Virus record (IMG/VR): IMGVR_UViG_3300023171_000009
Span: 73,113-98,476 of that record
Source of the DNA: a virus
DNA length: 25,364 bases
Reading direction: 5' to 3' (one strand)
Part shown: one piece after another, positions 8,701 to 17,221 of the stretch
Layout: the number at the start of each line of letters is the position of its first letter
Numbering within the stretch: position 1 is the first letter of the stretch
Made by a program: the position numbers and the translations under genes
The notes under the pieces: model-generated
The model's database searches: none
The model's input: the letters and a program-made list of their open reading frames with translations, nothing else
Told to the model about the DNA's origin: nothing

Positions 8701-9233
8701 ATAGGGTAAAAAACACCTTCTGGTGCGGTTTCATCCTGCAATCCTGTAGCGTCTGCCCATCCCCATTTAACAAGAGTTTGGACAACCGCCGCGCCGGGTT
8801 CCATGTAGTTATCGAATCCGATAGCGGGATCTTTAAGAAGCGGATCTTCTTGGTCTGTAACGGTCTTGATAACCGTTCTAATACCAACGCTAACCCGGCT
8901 ATTCATGGGAATAGTCAAAGTGCTTTCCCCCATGAAGAACACTTTTCCCAGCAAATACAGCCGCCCTTCTGCAATCCTAAGATTACCCGCAGAACTGCCC
9001 TCAAGTATAGAGGGGGCAAGACCTTCTAAAATGTCCCCATTGTTATAAAGACCGTCAGCCACTCCTTGAATCACATCGTAGAAATGGCCCTGCATAGCCA
9101 TTAATTCCGCAGATTGAATAGCTCTGCCCGCTCTAAATAAAGGCGCTCCGTAGCCCTTAGCTTTGCGGGCGGCAGAGTTGTTAAAATAATTGTCAGGAAG
9201 ACCGGGACCGGATTCTGGTATAAAGTCAGACAT
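5760..9233 (-). CDS. DUF4815-family large baseplate/tail structural protein
   Basis: Hallmark segments LFRAGRAIQSAEL..MQ, DPLLKDPA.G..NY.EPGA, GNYAVDG, GQFVDPFFDNDLR, INPYQAF, DPLAETFTL and LSSSNASTWTPH..DLTFRL. Confidence 0.88.
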   Translation of the reverse strand: MSDFIPESGPGLPDNYFNNSAARKAKGYGAPLFRAGRAIQSAELMAMQGHFYDVIQGVADGLYNNGDILEGLAPSILEGSSAGNLRIAEGRLYLLGKVFFMGESTLTIPMNSRVSVGIRTVIKTVTDQEDPLLKDPAIGFDNYMEPGAAVVQTLVKWGWADATGLQDETAPEGVFYPIYDIDNGNIIIKDLPPAVTAIIDTVAGYDYTAHGNYAVDGFKVRYSRFEAANAQHASDQYIFTISQGTVHVRGYNVGRTIDTPLAIDINYDVATSETESETYVPNGGQYILTLNRFPKATLQAINGLVELTETLTKGSTGGQDSLVNSSVEYVTEVKQGATVYQSPRDYLLVDGKIDWSPSGSGATEPTSGSYTVKVAVRENLLTNGRGNIVAQDFKTITLTGLVPNTSTTPSIVYVSYTYKLQRVDAITIDREGSFHVIKGRPSLINPAAPPIPDTHTKLALIVYNWYTDPEVKDIRTVPINFDDQQKLVNRVDDLYDLVAQSRLRNDLTARVPADRRGQFVDPFFDNDLRENLLPNDMAIIDGLLTLPISGTAEVPNYYTNSLKHHLLPYTDEIVIDQSKVTACSKINPYQAFEPIPARATISPASDNWIVSSSNWNTQIISNFLRVTVDQDQNATPSINNLTVANSVVTTQVNAGDTIRPQPITFLVEGFGPGEQLVEIRFDGIVFSNIIAGALPFTSTSPADANGKITGSFSIPAGIPTGEKAVEFIGNSSYGDCSFIGMSQISYPVIVRQATRSGRRKKKKRCDPLAETFTLDEDRILTGVDLKFCKRGSGPQIVYVQLRETTVGFPNQEVFAEGIFDMSSLTVDTNGIPLNVWTRINFEIEAHVIGGKEYAIVVMTDDPDHSICIAGIGEYMTPALNGGIAGFVTGQPYQGGEMLSSSNASTWTPHPKQDLTFRLIAAKFTTSSFTVPMGNVSATNISDLVARATVLRPNAECDVKFRFTPTSTGVVYEVSEETPLTLPLRITGDIILDVILTANVITNPNLSPIIYSRPQVVKGTMLDTGNYISKKFNARDLINITDFFGATCVFEYRKQAGATATPKMLSHVRDSGGTPLYASGVAVTEWRPMELKLERALEDGWYEAEWVLPAVAGSSGPANLLKAHAVAPDYTTRIQIEGAGSPANRLYVRQLRVTTKSI
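7428..7440 (+). repeat. Dispersed 13-bp motif (TGAAATCGTTGCA)
   Basis: Exact copy inside the DUF4815 gene (encodes ATIS). Confidence 0.9.
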
Positions 9234-9254
9234 AAGATAAGTAAAAACTAAAAG

Positions 9255-10538
9255 TTAAAGGCTAACAACGCGTGTCATTATGTGGGCGATAGCAGAAGAA
9301 TGAACAATACCCATCGAATCCTCTAAAACAAGGGGCGTGCCTTCTGCGGAAATAGCATTAATGGGAATGTTTTCTATGCCGTTTGCAATCGTTGCAGCGG
9401 CTCCACCTACGAATATTCCCATTTGGTTAATAGGCGTTGCATCTGCTATATCATCGGCTTGGACAACACTATTAAAAATAACGGCTCCAGTAGGTTCCGC
9501 TGTAATGTAATAACGATTTGATGATAAATCAGTATAGACGGCAGGCGCGCTAGACTTCCTAAGATGACTTTGCCTTATTATGGCACCTGTGGCTATATCA
9601 AATACGTCCCAAACAAGCGCTTTTTCTGTGGCGTAAATCATTGTTGCGCATCTGCTAGTATCGTTGCTCCAAAGTTTTACCGCATTAACCACCGCGCCTT
9701 CTAAACTACCACTAGCTAAAGTCTCAACTCTGGAACTGACATTTAACACTCTAACAGTTCCGGAAATATCAATCTCTTCATTTACGTGTTGATGGCCACA
9801 TAGAACTAAATCCCATGTTCCGTCCAATAAATGGGCCAATTCCGCTAACCAACCCGGACGGCCTGACACTGGTGGATAATGAACAGCCAATACCTTCCAA
9901 GGAGAGCTTGAAGCATTAGCCGCTGCTTTCAACGCTAGGGATTGCACACTCTCAATGCCTGTTCCATCCGGCTCTGTATCTACTCCCAAGCTATTCTTAC
10001 CGGCATGATAAGAACTAAAATGAACCGGAGGGACTTTTCCAGAAATTGGAGTGTCGTAATCGATTGTCCTTGAATAATAACGAGCGTTGCTAAGATAAGT
10101 AAACTTAGCGAGCATATTTGCTAGCCCTAAGTCATCTTGATCAAGATTTCCGTAAGCAGGAAAGAGTTTTTGAGTAGAAAACCACGGGTTAAACGCGGCT
10201 AACGCCGCATTTATGTTACTAGTTGTAGGGCTTAAACTAACTAGGTTGCCAGCATAAATAACGCTTTTAGCTACAGCAGACGTAAACTTAGCTACAATTT
10301 GATTTTGTCCCGTTCCAGTTAAGCCTGCATCAGAAGTATAGCCGATACTGGCTTTAGGTTGATCCATAACCTTAGAAGCATAACCTTTATTGAATACTCG
10401 CTTACGAAGAAACCTTGAAGCAAGGGCGGTTGAATCCGCAGTCAGGGGCGCAACACTGGAGCTAAATTCAAAGTGTATCTCAGAATCCAGTAAAGCTTTT
10501 AAGAGTGCGGCTTTGCCCGCTTTTGGAAAGGTTACCAT
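9255..10538 (-). CDS. Baseplate-associated protein (type found upstream of DUF4815 genes) with an internal degenerate metallophosphoesterase domain
   Basis: The N-terminus (AGKAALLKAL...TALASRFLRK) and C-terminus (RYYITAEPT...INQMGIFVG...GTPLVLE) resemble the small conserved structural protein. Residues ~62-328 carry calcineurin-like motifs SDAG, AGN, PAYGNLD, WKVLAVHYPP and LVLCGHQH. Confidence 0.75.
   Translation of the reverse strand: MVTFPKAGKAALLKALLDSEIHFEFSSSVAPLTADSTALASRFLRKRVFNKGYASKVMDQPKASIGYTSDAGLTGTGQNQIVAKFTSAVAKSVIYAGNLVSLSPTTSNINAALAAFNPWFSTQKLFPAYGNLDQDDLGLANMLAKFTYLSNARYYSRTIDYDTPISGKVPPVHFSSYHAGKNSLGVDTEPDGTGIESVQSLALKAAANASSSPWKVLAVHYPPVSGRPGWLAELAHLLDGTWDLVLCGHQHVNEEIDISGTVRVLNVSSRVETLASGSLEGAVVNAVKLWSNDTSRCATMIYATEKALVWDVFDIATGAIIRQSHLRKSSAPAVYTDLSSNRYYITAEPTGAVIFNSVVQADDIADATPINQMGIFVGGAAATIANGIENIPINAISAEGTPLVLEDSMGIVHSSAIAHIMTRVVSL
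9384..9396 (+). repeat. Dispersed 13-bp motif variant (TGCAATCGTTGCA)
   Basis: Intragenic (encodes ATIA). Confidence 0.8.
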
Positions 10539-10583
10539 AGGTGTTGTATATTAGCAGTTTTTACTAACTAGGCCAGGAAATAT

Positions 10584-10596
10584 TGCAACGATTTCA
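10584..10596 (-). repeat. Dispersed 13-bp motif (TGAAATCGTTGCA)
   Basis: Exact copy whose TGA is the gpI stop codon. Confidence 0.9.
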
Positions 10597-11385
10597 CTCT
10601 ACCGATCTAGCAGATACATAATCAATGGTTACTCCGTCAATATCGGTTATTTCGTCAGTGTTATTGTCAATAATAGGCCCTGTGGTGATTCCGTAGTCTT
10701 TATATGCAAATTTACTAAGAGTCAGCCCGCTTCCTCCGATAGCATAACTGTTTAAATTAGGGCTATATACCGCTATCCATAAGTCTTTATTGTGTGCGCT
10801 AGGTCTTCCGGAAAAATGCCCTAAAAGTTGCCTTCCTAGAGTGCCGTTTTGAATACCTTTCTTTTTCGATAGCACCATTCTACGGATATCAGTATCAAAT
10901 CCGTTATAAATACGCCTAAAACGACAACGTAAAGGTTTTATAAACTTGAGCGCTTTTTCAAGTCTAACCAAGGTATCTTGTTCAAGCCTAGTTACAGGCC
11001 CTAGACCTATTTGAAATTCGGAAAAATGGATAGTCTGCCATTCATGTTCCCATACTCTAACGCCTATAAATCCAAACATTTCACAAATACGAATGATAGC
11101 CGCAACAGTGCCGCGATGCTCCTTTAAATAGATAGAATTTTCAAGGATTACGTCCATATCATCAAAAGCTTCCAACAAGGGCAATTGTCCTCTTTGCTGA
11201 AGAATCCATATACGCCAGTCCGTGGGGATTTCAGTCTCCCCTACGGTATTCATATCAGACACTATTGCCTGAAGAATGCCGCTGTAAGGCACTAGCTTTA
11301 ACAAGTCCTGCTCTAGCTTGGTAGCATTAGGAGGCAGGAGCGTATAAAGAGGGTCGATTTCCCTAGTTGGTTCAGGTAATGGCAT
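10594..11385 (-). CDS. gpI: P2 gpI-like baseplate/tail protein (likely start 11385)
   Basis: LLPPNATKLEQDL, RGTVAAI and KPLRCRFRRIYNGFD motifs, directly after gpJ. The MPLPE start overlaps the end of gpJ by a few codons. Confidence 0.85.
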   Translation of the reverse strand: MPLPEPTREIDPLYTLLPPNATKLEQDLLKLVPYSGILQAIVSDMNTVGETEIPTDWRIWILQQRGQLPLLEAFDDMDVILENSIYLKEHRGTVAAIIRICEMFGFIGVRVWEHEWQTIHFSEFQIGLGPVTRLEQDTLVRLEKALKFIKPLRCRFRRIYNGFDTDIRRMVLSKKKGIQNGTLGRQLLGHFSGRPSAHNKDLWIAVYSPNLNSYAIGGSGLTLSKFAYKDYGITTGPIIDNNTDEITDIDGVTIDYVSARSVE

Positions 11386-12562
11386 TGTAAGCTGGTTGTA
11401 AAACTTCAAATATCAAGAACGCGATTTCATCTTCCGGAAGAACGACGTTAGTTGTTTGATTTACTATCAGGTTTCCTATGCCTAACCATGTAGCGAATCC
11501 TACGGTAGTAGGTTGTATAATACCTTCCCTTGCCTCTTTATTTAAGTCCGCTGCGATATCAAAAGCGGAGCGCTTATACCTTACGCAAGAATCATAGTAA
11601 TATCGGTATACACGGTCATAAATGCTAGTTTTTTCCGCGTCTGACAAACGATAATCGTCAACTTTATCAAATCCTCCAAACGTAAGCACAAGATTATGCA
11701 AGGACGGGAACTGAAATGGGCTTACCTTTATACTGGCTAAAGGTGCTTTGATTATAACGTCATGGACTCCGTCAATCGCCAGCGTTTTGATTATCCATCC
11801 TAAAGTTATGTCCTGTCCGAGAGCTAGTTGATTGTCAAAAGCATCAGTTATAATTGCGGATAACTGATTGAACACATCAATTGGCGTAGTCTGCTTAAGT
11901 ATGATAGTCGCTTGGATTGTTACTAGAACCGGCCTCGCGGCTTCCGCCTGAATAAGATCGCTAACTACCTTAACATTGGGTTGTTGTAGTGCAAAGTTAA
12001 CCTTTTCCAATAGATCAATGGAAGGAACTCCGGTTGATTCATAACTTAATACGGCAACGGACACCCTTCCTCCCATATTATATCCATCAGGGAAATCAGG
12101 GCTATAAATATTAACGTCTCTAACTCTTGCGTCCGCTTTTAACGCTATTGCGCGATAATAAGCTTCCGAACCCGCACCATTTCTCCCTGCAATAGTTGCA
12201 AAAAGCCTATCACGTAGTCTATCATCTGGCTCATATACTGCCGGAATAGGAGGCTCTGAATCAGGATCACCAGAATCCACTAAAACGCGGGTAACCCCTT
12301 CTGACAACGCTAGATGCTCCAAGTCTCCTTCCGCAGCAAATGCAATAAGCCGTGAGCGCGCTACTTTATTGATATACAAACGAAGTATCAATTCGCGCCA
12401 AGAACCATGTCTTAGCACTTTTGTTACCGGATCACTTTTAAGAAAGTAAGCGTAAGTAGGATCAAGTTCTTTAAAAAACTCAATGTCCCTTGTTTCAATA
12501 ACAGCTAGATCCGGCTCTTCAAGGACGGTAGGCGCTGGAATAGTTGAGAAATCTAAAGCCAT
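11372..12562 (-). CDS. gpJ: P2 gpJ-like baseplate wedge protein with a ~100-aa C-terminal extension
   Basis: DFSTIPAPTVLE, SDPVTKVL, AFAAEGDLEHLA, EPDDRLRDR and AGSEAYYRAIALKADARVRDV motifs. Confidence 0.92.
   Translation of the reverse strand: MALDFSTIPAPTVLEEPDLAVIETRDIEFFKELDPTYAYFLKSDPVTKVLRHGSWRELILRLYINKVARSRLIAFAAEGDLEHLALSEGVTRVLVDSGDPDSEPPIPAVYEPDDRLRDRLFATIAGRNGAGSEAYYRAIALKADARVRDVNIYSPDFPDGYNMGGRVSVAVLSYESTGVPSIDLLEKVNFALQQPNVKVVSDLIQAEAARPVLVTIQATIILKQTTPIDVFNQLSAIITDAFDNQLALGQDITLGWIIKTLAIDGVHDVIIKAPLASIKVSPFQFPSLHNLVLTFGGFDKVDDYRLSDAEKTSIYDRVYRYYYDSCVRYKRSAFDIAADLNKEAREGIIQPTTVGFATWLGIGNLIVNQTTNVVLPEDEIAFLIFEVLQPAYNAIT
12188..12200 (+). repeat. Dispersed 13-bp motif variant (TGCAATAGTTGCA)
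   Basis: Inside gpJ (encodes ATIA). Confidence 0.65.
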
Positions 12563-12574
12563 AAATAATGTAGG

Positions 12575-13000
12575 TTAAGCGGCGATTTGTTTTTTGAAAT
12601 CCAGTTCCATGTTTTGAAATTTTAAAGCAGCGCCACCTAGTCTATAGGTAGCATAAAGATCCAAGTGGATCTTACCGTTTTTTGAATCAGCCATTTTAAA
12701 CGACATCCTAGTTACTTGTAACCGTGGCTCATAACTACTCAGAGCCGTTACCGTGTAGTATGTTGCCTTGGCTCGCCAAGAGGCGTTAAATGGCCTATCT
12801 AAAAGCAAGTTTAAACTTGAACCGTAGTTAGGGTCATCAACTCTAGTTCCTATCGGCGTAGTTAGCAAGTCTACGATTGATTGTAATAAATGCCTGAATT
12901 CCGTTATGTCTTTACCATTAGAACGGCTCATTAAAGTATACGGATTATCGTATACAGATTGCTCTTCTGTATAAACAGATATTAATACTTCATCAGGCAT
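12575..13000 (-). CDS. gpW: gpW/gp25-family baseplate protein (likely start 13000)
   Basis: MSRSNGK.I....HL.QSI.DLLTTPIGTRV..P.YGS.L..LLD.P...AL..YEPR. The MPDEV start at 13000 avoids overlapping gpV. Confidence 0.92.
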   Translation of the reverse strand: MPDEVLISVYTEEQSVYDNPYTLMSRSNGKDITEFRHLLQSIVDLLTTPIGTRVDDPNYGSSLNLLLDRPFNASWRAKATYYTVTALSSYEPRLQVTRMSFKMADSKNGKIHLDLYATYRLGGAALKFQNMELDFKKQIAA

Positions 13001-13004
13001 ATAA

Positions 13005-14135
13005 TTAAGAATGAATAGCCGGGTCAGTGGCAGGGATGTAAGGATCATTTCCCGGAATCATAGCAGGCCATGATTTAGGAACATAGGCATTGATAGCGGG
13101 AGCTGCGCTAGGATCGGGAGCCTGCCCCGCAGGATAAGTTACCGGAGAAGCAGGCATACTAAACCAATCATAGGACGTGCCTTGAAGTGTAACTACAGAG
13201 CCAGTCATATCAAGGGCAGCACCATTTGAGGTTAGTGTAACATACCCTGAACTGCTTATTACTGCGGAAGTATTAGCGGTGTTAAGCGATATCCCTTGTG
13301 CATCAAGTATGGACTTAACCTGTTGATTAACTAGCTCCGAAATTATAGAGCTTGCGGTTAGCTCTTGAATAGTTTTTTCTACGCGTAACAATATCGCGTC
13401 TTGTGTTATTTTTAATTGAGCCGCTTCAGCAACTTGTGCGTTAATGCTAGTTTGATCAAGCTTAACAAAAGAGGCTCCTTTAATTAGTGCAATGATTTCA
13501 CTTTTGGATAACCGAATAGCAGTAGCGGCACCATCAACTTGAAGTTCAATCCTATCTTCGTAAACCGCTATCGATGTATTCTTTACCCGTAAGCTTATTT
13601 GATCAATAGTGCCTTCAATACAGGCCCCCGGAGCCATTTCTTTACCTATAGTAACAAAGAATCTCCCGCCTTCAGGCAGATGTGTTCTAACGTGCTTCTG
13701 TCTTCTATCTATTTCATTTACAATAGCGTTGATAAGCTCTTTGTCCTCTCCGTAGGCCCATCGACTTATTTCAGGATCAAGGGCAGCATGTGGTGCGTGG
13801 CCTTCTTTGTTTATACTGCAAAATATAAAGCCGTTTGTTATATCCCCGTTAGGTGAAAGAACGGCAACTTGATCGCCTAACTCATGAGCTTCCCAGCTTC
13901 TATTTTTACCGGCCCTAGAGACAGCTTGCGGAACCCAAAAAGACAGCACATCCGCCTTACCTTCTTTTTCATCAGGCATAGGCTCTTCACTTCCAATTCT
14001 AACACGGTATTTACCAGCGTCATGATCGACTTCCACCACTTCGCCAAAAGTAAGCATATCAGATAGCCTCTTATTTAAGAGAGCTACTTGTGCATTTTGG
14101 TTAAAGCCTTTTGGCCTAGTGCTGCTGTTATTCAT
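13005..14135 (-). CDS. gpV: gpV-family baseplate central spike
   Basis: N-terminal OB fold GEVVEVD...YRVRIG...W....RAG..RSW....GDQVAVLSPNGD..NG, followed by a long beta-helical repeat stalk. Confidence 0.92.
   Translation of the reverse strand: MNNSSTRPKGFNQNAQVALLNKRLSDMLTFGEVVEVDHDAGKYRVRIGSEEPMPDEKEGKADVLSFWVPQAVSRAGKNRSWEAHELGDQVAVLSPNGDITNGFIFCSINKEGHAPHAALDPEISRWAYGEDKELINAIVNEIDRRQKHVRTHLPEGGRFFVTIGKEMAPGACIEGTIDQISLRVKNTSIAVYEDRIELQVDGAATAIRLSKSEIIALIKGASFVKLDQTSINAQVAEAAQLKITQDAILLRVEKTIQELTASSIISELVNQQVKSILDAQGISLNTANTSAVISSSGYVTLTSNGAALDMTGSVVTLQGTSYDWFSMPASPVTYPAGQAPDPSAAPAINAYVPKSWPAMIPGNDPYIPATDPAIHS
13488..13500 (-). repeat. Dispersed 13-bp motif (TGAAATCATTGCA)
   Basis: Inside gpV (encodes EIIA). 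Confidence 0.85.
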
Positions 14136-15055
14136 TGATTATCGGCGTATTGAATAGGAACTTGAATCAGTGCTGAATTGTAAGTCAGTGTAAGTAAATG
14201 GTCATTAGTGTATACAAGGGCGGTCCCGTAATCCGGTAATGGGGGAACGTCGTAATCGATATCCTCAAGTGCTGCCCTTAGCGAATTAACGCTAGGCAGT
14301 TGTGTTGTCGCGAAGAAAGCTCTAGTCTGCTTTGGAAATTCAGGGATCTTTTCGTATTTAGTTAGCTTTAGATTTTGGTCATAGATGCTGGCTACTCGTT
14401 TCCATTCATAAGCAATAGCCGTGCTTAGCAAAGCCGGAGGCTTAAGTTGCGGCCCATATATCCATTCATCTTTAAATATAGGAATAGGGTTTTGACTGTA
14501 TATAAGAGCTAATTCAGTAAATGGGATGGGGGTTTCTTCTTCGCTATCAAGCCAATCCGGTCCTTGTGCTAACCCTTTAAAGGCGGGGTTAAATACCGTA
14601 TAGCCAAAACTCCAAACAACCTCATACCATAACTTAGCATTGTCAGAACCCAATGTCCCTTCATCTATGTATAAAGGCGTATCCGATAACACGATTGTTA
14701 CTGGCCTCCATCCTAAAATCGCGGCTTCTAATTCACCAACTAAAGGGTTAACAGAATCAACTACTTTAACAGCGTCCTTACCCGCACCACTTCCTTTTTG
14801 TCTACTATTATCAACACAGACAACAAATGAAATCGTTGCAATTCTTGGTTGTGAACTACTAACCTTATTGTAAGCCTCGCCTGAACCTGACACTTTTGAA
14901 ACTGCCAAGTAAGGTGTTTCTATGTTAAGACTTGGCAGCGTTACATTACTAAAAACGGAAAGACCTGCTACGTTATTATTGAAGGAGGGGCATTTTGCCC
15001 TCAGCAAAAGCACAAGTTCTTCCATGCTAAAATCTCTTTTTGACGTAGCGCTCAT
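14132..15055 (-). CDS. Tail terminator/tail completion protein with a C-terminal extension
   Basis: LRAKCPSFNNNVAG...LEAAILGWRP...LWYEVVW pattern, positioned after the HK97 gp10-like gene. Confidence 0.75.
   Translation of the reverse strand: MSATSKRDFSMEELVLLLRAKCPSFNNNVAGLSVFSNVTLPSLNIETPYLAVSKVSGSGEAYNKVSSSQPRIATISFVVCVDNSRQKGSGAGKDAVKVVDSVNPLVGELEAAILGWRPVTIVLSDTPLYIDEGTLGSDNAKLWYEVVWSFGYTVFNPAFKGLAQGPDWLDSEEETPIPFTELALIYSQNPIPIFKDEWIYGPQLKPPALLSTAIAYEWKRVASIYDQNLKLTKYEKIPEFPKQTRAFFATTQLPSVNSLRAALEDIDYDVPPLPDYGTALVYTNDHLLTLTYNSALIQVPIQYADNQ
14828..14840 (+). repeat. Dispersed 13-bp motif (TGAAATCGTTGCA)
   Basis: Exact copy inside the tail terminator gene (encodes ATIS). Confidence 0.9.
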
Positions 15056-15489
15056 GTAGTTAGCTCAGAAAATATTTGTCTAATTTTGCTTTTATAAATC
15101 TCTCTATATCTATCAAACCCCGGTTTCATAAAAGGACGGGGTTCCATCTTACGGGTTCCGCGTTCTAGGAAATCAGGATAAGGTGCGCCGGTTTTACTCG
15201 TTACCCTTGGCGCTATACTTGCCCTCATCCCGCCGCTAGTATAACGCGGATTTAAATCCTTGTAAAGAGCACCTGACAATATTGCGGGATACTCACCCGG
15301 CGCACTGGCTTGATGTAGCCTGCCATTAATCTTATAGATGCGCCCATGTTTAGGCTTGCGCATCTCTCCTTGTATGTGTCTTTGAATCTCTCTAGCGTAT
15401 TTACGTGTCCAGAATATAATCCTATTCCTAGCAGCTACAGGAATTTTAGAAAAGTTATTCGTAGGACGTAATACGCGAGCAACGGCCAT
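15052..15489 (-). CDS. HK97 gp10-like neck/tail completion protein
   Basis: HQASAPGEYPA..SG.L and Y..FLERGTRKMEPRPFMKP motifs. Confidence 0.88.
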   Translation of the reverse strand: MAVARVLRPTNNFSKIPVAARNRIIFWTRKYAREIQRHIQGEMRKPKHGRIYKINGRLHQASAPGEYPAILSGALYKDLNPRYTSGGMRASIAPRVTSKTGAPYPDFLERGTRKMEPRPFMKPGFDRYREIYKSKIRQIFSELTT

Positions 15490-15491
15490 AC

Positions 15492-16532
15492 CTAAAGATT
15501 AGTTGGAACAGTTACAAGGCTTCCTTCTGACGTATATACCATATCTCCATTTCTAGCATTAACTATGGAATACCCATGTAGAACAGATAGACGTATATAA
15601 GAACCCACAATTTGAATCGCCCTTCCGTCATAGGTGTATACTTGCTGAGCATCCTTGGTATAGACGAAAGAAGTTCCCGCTTGAGGGGTAGGCAAATCTA
15701 TTATCTGTATTATGGCTCCATTGTTATCAAGGACGGGTAACCCTTCGTTTTCGTAAACAAACGCATACCCTGTTTCAGGGGTATTAGTATAAAACCTAGG
15801 AATTCTTATAGCCGAACCGTCGTTTAGGAATGTCTGTTCCGCATTATTGGTATATACGTAAGAAAACCCTTCTTCCGGTATCATCACGCCAAGATCGGGA
15901 ATCAGCGGATACTTATGATCATTTAAAACAACCACTCTGCCGTCTGCCAAATACAAGAAACTGTAATGCGTTCCTATCTGAATAGGTGTTCCGTTTTCGT
16001 CTCTTACTATCGTGGTTTCGTCTACAGTTAAGTAATTAAAGTCCTCAACTCCTGCGGGTGTATCATCGGTCCAGTAAGGGTTAAATTCACGATTAAACGT
16101 AGTGTCGCCCGGCTCTGATACATCAATGTCCAAGTCCAAGGTAAAACCGCATTGTCCTACTTCTCCATACGGGTTACTGACAACTTCAAGGAAAGCGTTT
16201 ATCTTTCGTTCGCGACGGGAACCGATTACCTTATAAACCCTCAAACCCCATACCACAAAATCATTGAGCGTAACAAGCTGTCCTTCATCCCTTATAACGA
16301 ATACAGTCTGTATTTTACTATCCGAATCAATGACGCCGTCCAGTCGTTCCTCTCCTTCATCAACCGCCGCAAGCGTTTGGATAAACGGCTTAACACGTTC
16401 CTCAAATACAGCCGTTCCCTCTATGGCAACCTTTTTAGCGTGGATAAAGGCCACGGGTTCAACAAGTTCCCCCAGCCTGACTTTATTGTCAGCTTTCCAC
16501 GCACCTTTACGGCCATTTGAATAACGTTTCAT
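15492..16532 (-). CDS. Head closure (SPP1 gp16-like) protein fused to about six C-terminal repeats
   Basis: The N-terminal ~125 aa (RLGELVEPVAF...TVFVIR...DFVVWG.RVYKV) resemble head-closure proteins and fit the synteny. Residues ~159-343 are repeats. Confidence 0.65.
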   Translation of the reverse strand: MKRYSNGRKGAWKADNKVRLGELVEPVAFIHAKKVAIEGTAVFEERVKPFIQTLAAVDEGEERLDGVIDSDSKIQTVFVIRDEGQLVTLNDFVVWGLRVYKVIGSRRERKINAFLEVVSNPYGEVGQCGFTLDLDIDVSEPGDTTFNREFNPYWTDDTPAGVEDFNYLTVDETTIVRDENGTPIQIGTHYSFLYLADGRVVVLNDHKYPLIPDLGVMIPEEGFSYVYTNNAEQTFLNDGSAIRIPRFYTNTPETGYAFVYENEGLPVLDNNGAIIQIIDLPTPQAGTSFVYTKDAQQVYTYDGRAIQIVGSYIRLSVLHGYSIVNARNGDMVYTSEGSLVTVPTNL

Positions 16533-16535
16533 CTA

Positions 16536-17180
16536 TTAAATAATACGGCGATTTACTTGGGAACTCCAAAAGCCCGCTAACAATGATAGAGCACTCTGTG
16601 GTATAGCAAGGGCAGAATAATCGTTTACTTCTCCGGGGGTTGAAAGCCAATGTGCAATGATTTCAAAACATACATGAACCATCGAAGGTCTGTTAGGGTT
16701 TAGTTCGTCAAAACCGGCAGTGTATTTAACCGCTAGTTGTGATTTAATAGTGTAAGTAGTGCTAACCCCATTTTCGTCGAGCCAAAGCAGGCTTGCGCTT
16801 GCCCTTCTATTGTCGGGCCTACTAAGCCTATATTTAGCGGGCAAAATAGACGTAGTGCCATCTAGCACTTCATCGATGCTGATAATAGGGCCGTTAGGTA
16901 TAGCTATACCGTTTCTGGTTTGATCGCTGTCCACCCATTTTCCGTTAATCCCGTAAGGGTCGCAACTGTAGCGAGGCTTATCGAAATAACTGATATACTG
17001 CGTAGGCAGAATAACACAACGGGCGGTCTGTCCTGCTAGTTGGACAGCCGCCCTTAACATGCGTTTCAGTTTATTATCAATCTTAGGACTGACAATTACT
17101 AAATCCGATTTGAGTTGTGCTAATGGATAGAAAGCCTCAAACGCCGTCTCCAGTGGAGGGGTTAAAAGCTCTGTAGTCAT
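16536..17180 (-). CDS. Head-tail connector (HK97 gp6 / phiE125 gp8-like)
   Basis: PLAQLKSDL.I....DNKLKRMLRAAVQ, P.GPIISIDEV, VKYTAGF, IIAHW and IPQSALSLL motifs; synteny after the capsid gene. Confidence 0.85.
   Translation of the reverse strand: MTTELLTPPLETAFEAFYPLAQLKSDLVIVSPKIDNKLKRMLRAAVQLAGQTARCVILPTQYISYFDKPRYSCDPYGINGKWVDSDQTRNGIAIPNGPIISIDEVLDGTTSILPAKYRLSRPDNRRASASLLWLDENGVSTTYTIKSQLAVKYTAGFDELNPNRPSMVHVCFEIIAHWLSTPGEVNDYSALAIPQSALSLLAGFWSSQVNRRII
16653..16665 (-). repeat. Dispersed 13-bp motif (TGAAATCATTGCA)
   Basis: Inside the connector gene (encodes EIIA). Confidence 0.85.
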
Positions 17181-17204
17181 AATGGTTAGTCATGCAAACA
17201 ACTT

Positions 17205-17217
17205 TGAAATCGTTGCA
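17205..17217 (+). repeat. Dispersed 13-bp motif (TGAAATCGTTGCA)
   Basis: Exact copy, intergenic, upstream of the connector gene. Confidence 0.9.
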
Positions 17218-17221
17218 ATTC

